From an uncultured Opitutales bacterium (GTDB taxonomy: Bacteria > Verrucomicrobiota > Verrucomicrobiia > Opitutales > Intestinicryptomonadaceae), in the NCBI GenBank assembly GCA_934613415.1, contig CAKTSY010000005.1, positions 180,001 to 212,000 of the forward strand: 32,000 nucleotides of DNA, in the 5' to 3' direction. A program made the position numbers and the translations under genes. The notes under the pieces are model-generated. The model was not told the origin of the DNA, did not search any database, and worked only from the letters and a program-made list of their open reading frames with translations. This document shows positions 26,913 to 32,000 of the stretch, in pieces (the first letter of the stretch is position 1; every line of letters starts with the position of its first letter).

Positions 26913-27167
26913 TTAATAGAGCTCAACATTTTTTTTGATGTGATTGTTATTTTCCAAATCGTCATCGAAAAATATATCTACTACACCATTACGCTTGGAA
27001 GATAGATAAATTATGTACATGAAAGAAATTTCCTCGTTTGGAGATATTGTATATGAATCCGAGATTTCTTCTATTTGCTCTATGTTATACATTTTTATTC
27101 GAACATTTCTTGCGGAAGATTGCCCGACGTTCTTTATAGCGATGTAGCCTGGTTTATTTGATGCCAA
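26913..27167 (-). CDS. Beta-rich small ORF (84 codons from TTG); probably the C-terminal part of a frameshift-split gene
   Basis: Its frame is open upstream to just past the A9 tract (…KKKANFEINVRRPLASNKPGYIAIKNVGQSSARNVRIKMY…). There is no ATG start or SD of its own. The NxGxxxAxNV pattern resembles Ig-like/CARDB-type beta-sandwich strands. Confidence 0.5.
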   Translation of the reverse strand: MASNKPGYIAIKNVGQSSARNVRIKMYNIEQIEEISDSYTISPNEEISFMYIIYLSSKRNGVVDIFFDDDLENNNHIKKNVELY

Positions 27168-27181
27168 TGGACGACGAACAT

Positions 27182-27385
27182 TTATTTCAAAATTAGCTTT
27201 TTTTTTAAAAGTAGTTCTTCTTTAAACTTAGAAAGCTTTAAATCATTAAGTTCAATCTCTTGTTTTTTAATTCGTTTATCATATATAAAAAATCCAATGG
27301 TGCAAAAAAGGAAACTGGATATAGAGATGATAAGAGAAATATCACTCTTCCCCAAAGAAGAAAAGATTTCGTATATTACTTGCAC
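27182..27385 (-). CDS. Small membrane-anchor/coiled-coil ORF (67 aa), translationally coupled to res
   Basis: GTG start at 27385, preceded by GAGGA with a 7-nt spacer (agcGAGGAtaatatcGTG). It overlaps the last 10 nt of res. TM helix ISLIISISSFLFCTIGFFIY, then a charged helix KKQEIELNDLKLSKFKEELLLKKK. Confidence 0.55.
   Translation of the reverse strand: MQVIYEIFSSLGKSDISLIISISSFLFCTIGFFIYDKRIKKQEIELNDLKLSKFKEELLLKKKLILK
27197..27206 (-). other. A9 homopolymer containing an in-frame A-AAA-AAG -1 slippery heptamer at the junction of the two small ORFs
   Basis: Minus strand: cta ctt tta aaa aaa aag cta att ttg aaa taa. Either a -1 slip on a-aaa-aag or one extra A reads ...KKK-ANFEINVRRPLASNKPGY..., fusing 27385..27198 to 27196..26913 (~157 aa). 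Confidence 0.6.
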
Positions 27386-30021
27386 GATATTATCCTCGCT
27401 ATTTCCGCCTTATATGAATCTTTGCGAGCCATAAGGAATAAGCATTTACCATTAGAACGTTCAGCCCATAATTCTCCTATTATTCTCTTCGCTTTTGAGT
27501 CATCATTTGAATAAAGATGTTCCCCCTTATATTCTATTGCAAAAATGCGTCCATCATTAAGAAGACAGATAAAATCAGGATAAAAACGTGTTTTCGCAGT
27601 AGGAAGCCAGAAAGAAGTATCTTCCTTTTTCTCTATATTCCTAATCCAATATTTCACTTCTGGTAAATTATCTATGAAGTGGGCACACTCTATTTCATCG
27701 GAATTCATAGATGCGACCTGCGGGAAATAATGCTTTTTAAAATTATTTTCGATTGGATCGCTTACTGGATACTTATCAGGGTTAAATACGAAAGCATAAT
27801 CATGTTCAGTTCCAGACAATTTTATTGGAGTGTCTTTTGAGTCTAACAAAAATTCAAGTTGTTTGTCGAAATATGCCGCTTCAGCCGTCTGTTTATGAAT
27901 TCTAAAAAGTTCACGAATATGGCGAATAAACCCCCACCTTTCCCTTACAAAGTCAGATAACGATGCTTCATACCTAATCATAGATTGTTGTAAAACATAG
28001 GTAATGAAAGCAACAGCGTTTTGTCTGTCTGTATCTGGGTGGATTATATTTCTATCAATCCATGATACTAACTGCGTTTCTGTCCAACTTTCAGGCGGAG
28101 TAATAATTCGCAAATCTTGCTGAATATCGCTTGTAAAATCGAGCTTGATTTTCCCGTCTTCGCCGATCGTTCCAAGAACGATATTGTTGTCTTTTGCATT
28201 TGGATTAAAAATGAAGTTTGTTGAATCGTCCTTATAATCAAGGATATTCCAGTCGCCGTCTATGATTCGCGTATCAGTATCAAGAAGTTCAAATTCACCT
28301 TGTACAAGGATTCCAAGTGTCGGTACTTTAAATGGCTCATTTCTTTCCGATGGTGATGAAAATATTTTTTCAGTAATTTCACGTTGTTGCTTTATTGTTT
28401 GTTTAACGATTTCCTTGTCAGTTTCATCTGAAACTAGATCCAAGATTTCTTTTTCTTGTTCTTCAGACAATACATTTTTTACCGAAAGTTCTTTTGTTTG
28501 AGGATTAAATTCTATTTTCTCTTTTAGTTCCATTGAAAACTTTTCAGTATTTAGTGGAACACTCAACGTACAAATCTTTTTAGGTATTCTACGTGTTTCT
28601 AAGGGTAAAGTTGTTTGTTGTCCTTCCCGAATAAAATCTGAAGCTTCCATTTTCTCAAAACCGCTTTCGATTAACGAATCACGCAACGAGCTAGCTGCTA
28701 ATTGGAAATTTTCAGATACCGCAAAAGCGTATGCACAATTTAATGCCAACGTTTCCTTTTTTGTAACACGTGGAAGACGTAAAATACGTCCTAAAATCTG
28801 TTCTACGGCTGTCTGTGAACGTTGCTCGGCAAGAGAACACAGGACATAAGCAAATGGACAATCCCACCCCTCTTTTAAGGAATCAACCGTAATTATATAA
28901 CGAATTTTGCATTCATCGGACAGCAAATCTTTACCTTTTGCTTCGCTTCTCTCGTATGCTTCCATTGCGATTTCGGCTTTAGGGATTTGACATTCTCCGA
29001 GCAGATAATCTTCTATTTTGTCCGTAGTGATATTTTCGGGGTGTGCTTGCTCCTTATTTTGCGCCTTTATTAGCATTATAGGACGTATATACTCTCCAGT
29101 CTTAATCTTTTCTATTTTAGCTAATTCATTCAGCACGTTAAGTTCCGCGATCGCGTGATTTAAAATGTCTTTCCAATTACGCTTTACTTCAAGGCGTACT
29201 GGAAGTTTTATCATATCTTCGGTAAATAATTCATGAGCGGAAACGTGATGTAATACATTGCTTGGCGTGTTATTACCTTCACCTTTTGAAGGCGTCGCTG
29301 TAAACTCTATAATTGCTGACGGACTAAAAGCCCTAAGCATATCAAACGAAAGCGGACTTCTAGCATTGTGCGCTTCATCAACTATTACAATCGGGTGGCG
29401 CATACGCAGGACATTTGCCAAAGAATATTCAATTAGTCCATTTTCATCTTTTAAAAGTTTTTCTGAAACTTTTGGATCAAGCCCAGAAAAATGCGACATC
29501 AAACTTCCGTTTTCGTCATAGGCTTTTCGGGATTCTTTGTTTCTTACTCGAAATGCTTGCATTGTGGAAACAATTATGGTTGTTGCGCCATCTAATATGG
29601 CTTTAGTCAGCCCATAGCATTCTTGAATTTCGCGGATTTCAATTTCGCCGAGAGTTGCGGTTAACGCTTGTCGATATGGGTGTTCTCGGTCTTTTAATGC
29701 GGTAAGTGTTTGAACTCTGATCGGATCACTTGGAACAAGCCATAACACACAAGCGTGTTCTTGCTTTAACAAATTGTCTTTTGCAATACGTATGGAATGA
29801 CATGCCAAAAGCGTTTTTCCACCGCCAGTAGGAAGCCTGAGGCAAACATATGGCATATTGGCGTCGAATCCGCTTATAGATTTGTAATCTCTATTTTCGC
29901 CAAACTTTTCATATATCGTATCGATAAAGGCTTTTCTGGCGTCGTGTATTTGGGAAACCTTATCGAAATATAAAGATAATGTATCAAGAGTCTCTTGTTG
30001 ATAATTCTTTAGCAATACCAT
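27376..30021 (-). CDS. res: Type III restriction enzyme Res subunit (SF2 helicase + C-terminal PD-(D/E)xK nuclease)
   Basis: Motif I LPTGGGKTLL, motif II VIVDEAHNA, motif III EFTATP, motif VI QILGRILRLP. C-terminal nuclease YPDF...IFAIEYKG. Starts 9 nt after mod. Confidence 0.88.
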   Translation of the reverse strand: MVLLKNYQQETLDTLSLYFDKVSQIHDARKAFIDTIYEKFGENRDYKSISGFDANMPYVCLRLPTGGGKTLLACHSIRIAKDNLLKQEHACVLWLVPSDPIRVQTLTALKDREHPYRQALTATLGEIEIREIQECYGLTKAILDGATTIIVSTMQAFRVRNKESRKAYDENGSLMSHFSGLDPKVSEKLLKDENGLIEYSLANVLRMRHPIVIVDEAHNARSPLSFDMLRAFSPSAIIEFTATPSKGEGNNTPSNVLHHVSAHELFTEDMIKLPVRLEVKRNWKDILNHAIAELNVLNELAKIEKIKTGEYIRPIMLIKAQNKEQAHPENITTDKIEDYLLGECQIPKAEIAMEAYERSEAKGKDLLSDECKIRYIITVDSLKEGWDCPFAYVLCSLAEQRSQTAVEQILGRILRLPRVTKKETLALNCAYAFAVSENFQLAASSLRDSLIESGFEKMEASDFIREGQQTTLPLETRRIPKKICTLSVPLNTEKFSMELKEKIEFNPQTKELSVKNVLSEEQEKEILDLVSDETDKEIVKQTIKQQREITEKIFSSPSERNEPFKVPTLGILVQGEFELLDTDTRIIDGDWNILDYKDDSTNFIFNPNAKDNNIVLGTIGEDGKIKLDFTSDIQQDLRIITPPESWTETQLVSWIDRNIIHPDTDRQNAVAFITYVLQQSMIRYEASLSDFVRERWGFIRHIRELFRIHKQTAEAAYFDKQLEFLLDSKDTPIKLSGTEHDYAFVFNPDKYPVSDPIENNFKKHYFPQVASMNSDEIECAHFIDNLPEVKYWIRNIEKKEDTSFWLPTAKTRFYPDFICLLNDGRIFAIEYKGEHLYSNDDSKAKRIIGELWAERSNGKCLFLMARKDSYKAEIARIISCK

Positions 30022-30030
30022 TTTGAAGCC

Positions 30031-31722
30031 TTATTTATCAAATATTGAATAGGGTATCTGACGAAACACTATATTGTTTTTGCGCAACATCATTTCGCTT
30101 AACCCGCAAGCCGTTCCGTATATAATTTTTACACCGTCGTGTTTTGGTAAATTTTTTAGGACTTTTTGAGTAAGACGATTTCCACCGTTTACGGAATTAT
30201 CGCCGAGAATACCGTTGTAAAGCAGGTATATAGCAACTCCGTTAGAAACTCCGATAAGAGGAGTTTTAAATTCCGTATTGTTATAAGCAAGCGGAGTTCC
30301 AGTGGCCATAAAGAAAACGTGTCTGGCTAAGTCGGCATATTTGATGTTCGGATTTATATCGCCGTCAGCCGTGTACATCGGCTCACCGAGTTTTGCGAAT
30401 TTAAATCCCGTTTGTTCCTGCAACCCATCGCGTTCTATTACACGTTTTGCGCGCTCCCGAGTAATTGATTCGGCGACTTGCGGCAACATTTCGCAAAGAA
30501 TGAATTTGCGGTTTCCTTTGTCTTCTTTATTAAGTTCCAATACCGCTTGCGCCGTTGTTCCGCTACCAGCAAAAGAATCAAGGACAAGGGAGTCTTTAAA
30601 ACTTGCTATTGACAATAAGTGAGCTATCAATGCTGATGGTTTTGCATAATTAAATTCCAATCCTAAATCTTCCAATTCTTGAGTTCCAATACTATTGGGA
30701 AACTCTTCTATAAAATCTTGCAATATTTCTTTTTTTTGAATTGAACCATTTTTATCTACAACTTCATCTTTAAAAATTTTTTTCCTGATTGTCCATTTTG
30801 ATTTGTTGCCATTTTCATCAATAAACGGTGATTTTTTTGATATGGAAAAATAAAAACGTCCAATCGCCTTTTCTTTCTTATATCGTTCTATACCCCAAGT
30901 CCAACATTTATCCTGCTGTGATTCTGGAAATACTTGGGCTCCATCAATTTTTTCTTTTGGCATAACATTCCCAGGAGGTATTATTAAAGAACCATCTGGA
31001 CATTCTATAAAATAACGTTGATTCTTTCTTACATCGAGTTTTGCCCTAAAAGGGATTTCTCCTTTTAGAAAATAACGAGTTTTGCTATTAAAGATTTCTG
31101 TTTCCCATTTATAGACTGATTCATTTATAATTTTACCAAAAGTATGTTTTTTAACAGAAGATATTTCTCTTGCGTAACATAATACATAATCTTTTTTAGG
31201 CTTTAAAAAGTCTCCTTTGTTCCCACCTTTTTTTGTTATTCGAGCAATGTTGCCAACAAAATTCTGGGAATCAAAAATTTCATCAGAAATCAACTTCAAA
31301 TTTGCATATTCTATATCGCCAATGCTTATAAAAATAAATCCATCTACAGTAAGAAACTCTTTCAATAATGAAAGCCTTGGGTACATCATACAAAGCCATT
31401 TGTCGTGGCGTGATAAGTCTTCCATTTCTTTACCTACAACTTGTCCGAGCCATTTTTTTATTTCCGGCGAATTTACATTGTCATTATAAACCCATCCTTC
31501 ATTGCCGGTATTATACGGCGGATCTATGTATATACACTTGACTTTCCCTTTGTAGTAGGGGAGCAAGGCTTTTAGCGTAACGAGATTGTCGCCCTCCACT
31601 ATAAGATTTCCGCTGTCTTTTTTACCAAAGCTTAAAGACTCATCCTCTTTCAAAATATGAAATGGAATCTCTCTATGGTGATTAACAACGGCTTTTTTTC
31701 CTATCCAGTCTAACGTTGGCAT
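30031..31722 (-). CDS. mod: Type III restriction-modification Mod subunit (beta-class N6-adenine/N4-cytosine DNA methyltransferase)
   Basis: N-terminal LDWIGK box. Catalytic motif IV IYIDPPYNTG precedes AdoMet motif I VLDSFAGSGTTAQA (beta permutation). A variable middle region is consistent with a target-recognition domain. Confidence 0.88.
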   Translation of the reverse strand: MPTLDWIGKKAVVNHHREIPFHILKEDESLSFGKKDSGNLIVEGDNLVTLKALLPYYKGKVKCIYIDPPYNTGNEGWVYNDNVNSPEIKKWLGQVVGKEMEDLSRHDKWLCMMYPRLSLLKEFLTVDGFIFISIGDIEYANLKLISDEIFDSQNFVGNIARITKKGGNKGDFLKPKKDYVLCYAREISSVKKHTFGKIINESVYKWETEIFNSKTRYFLKGEIPFRAKLDVRKNQRYFIECPDGSLIIPPGNVMPKEKIDGAQVFPESQQDKCWTWGIERYKKEKAIGRFYFSISKKSPFIDENGNKSKWTIRKKIFKDEVVDKNGSIQKKEILQDFIEEFPNSIGTQELEDLGLEFNYAKPSALIAHLLSIASFKDSLVLDSFAGSGTTAQAVLELNKEDKGNRKFILCEMLPQVAESITRERAKRVIERDGLQEQTGFKFAKLGEPMYTADGDINPNIKYADLARHVFFMATGTPLAYNNTEFKTPLIGVSNGVAIYLLYNGILGDNSVNGGNRLTQKVLKNLPKHDGVKIIYGTACGLSEMMLRKNNIVFRQIPYSIFDK

Positions 31723-31939
31723 ATTTTTCTAGTTCACTTTAAAAATTTTTTAATATTTTAAATAGCCTAACAAGCTTTGCGTTTTTTTCAAGCCTTGTTT
31801 CGGTTTTTATTACTACGACAGTTAATTTATTAAAATTAAAGTCTATTATATTTATCTACACACAAAAAATATTGCAACTAAACGCAACTAAGATTTTTTG
31901 CAAAATTGCAATATATTAAGAGCAAGGAAGTTAATAGTT

Positions 31940-31964
31940 TTCGACCTATTCCCTCTCTCTCCGC
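31940..31964 (+). repeat. Distal att-like direct repeat (displaced tRNA-Ser 3' fragment)
   Basis: ttcga-cctat-tccctctctctccgc. There is a perfect 15-nt match to the tRNA 3' end, plus the ttcga of the T loop with a 4-nt indel. Confidence 0.85.
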
Positions 31965-31969
31965 GTTTT

Positions 31970-32000
31970 AAATTTCACACGAACCCGTGTGAAATTTTTT
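31970..32000 (+). terminator. Intrinsic terminator immediately after the distal tRNA fragment (runs to the window edge)
   Basis: aaatttcacac (31970..31980) / gtgtgaaattt (31987..31997), loop gaaccc, followed by T's to nt 32000. Confidence 0.65.

Noticed and set aside
30727-31700. A7-A8 homopolymers inside mod (e.g. 30730..30737, 31228..31234, 31453..31459, 31693..31699) as phasevarion switches
   Set aside because: They are short and numerous. Lys/Phe-rich AT-biased coding explains them, and there are no long mono-, tetra- or penta-nucleotide repeats of the kind that drive known type III mod phase variation.
27376-31722. Possibility that mod/res are fragments of a BREX, DISARM or type I system
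   Set aside because: There are no PglZ, PglX-size methylase, DUF1998, PLD, HsdS or HsdR-type genes nearby. The 563-aa beta-class Mod next to an 881-aa helicase-nuclease Res is the standard type III layout.

Overview
Most of this window is a housekeeping stretch of a mid-GC bacterial chromosome. I cannot assign a taxon from sequence alone. grpE-dnaJ adjacency without dnaK and the many secreted glycan-active enzymes are only weak hints.

Gene content, left to right:
- mutS (5' end cut by the window edge), uvrC and miaA.
- A minus-strand LysM-protein / parB / secreted-protein operon.
- prfB, whose programmed +1 frameshift hides the first 25 codons from the ORF track.
- A coiled-coil membrane protein, then an ECF sigma / putative anti-sigma pair.
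- An untracked 59-aa basic ORF followed by rpmB.
- A small glycan-degradation cluster: Tat-exported metallophosphoesterase, GH28-like beta-helix hydrolase and SASA-type O-acetylesterase.
- The conserved nusA / infB / rbfA / nrnA-like / truB / ribF block.
- A minus-strand run of two unknown envelope proteins followed by grpE-dnaJ.
- tRNA-Ser(UGA).

The one clearly accessory region is a ~5.2-kb AT-rich islet inserted at the 3' end of tRNA-Ser.
- It is bounded by a 15-bp perfect direct repeat of the tRNA 3' end (26710..26724 and 31950..31964).
- It carries an intact type III restriction-modification pair (mod, res).
- Translationally coupled to res is a small membrane-anchor ORF and a beta-rich ORF in different frames. 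They are separated at an A9 tract containing the in-frame A-AAA-AAG -1 slippery heptamer.
- No integrase is present.

I consider this split third gene the best candidate for something undescribed. Second is a GrpE with a tandem Cys/His-rich N-terminal extension.

All functional calls rest on motifs I recognise by eye. No database search or folding program was run.
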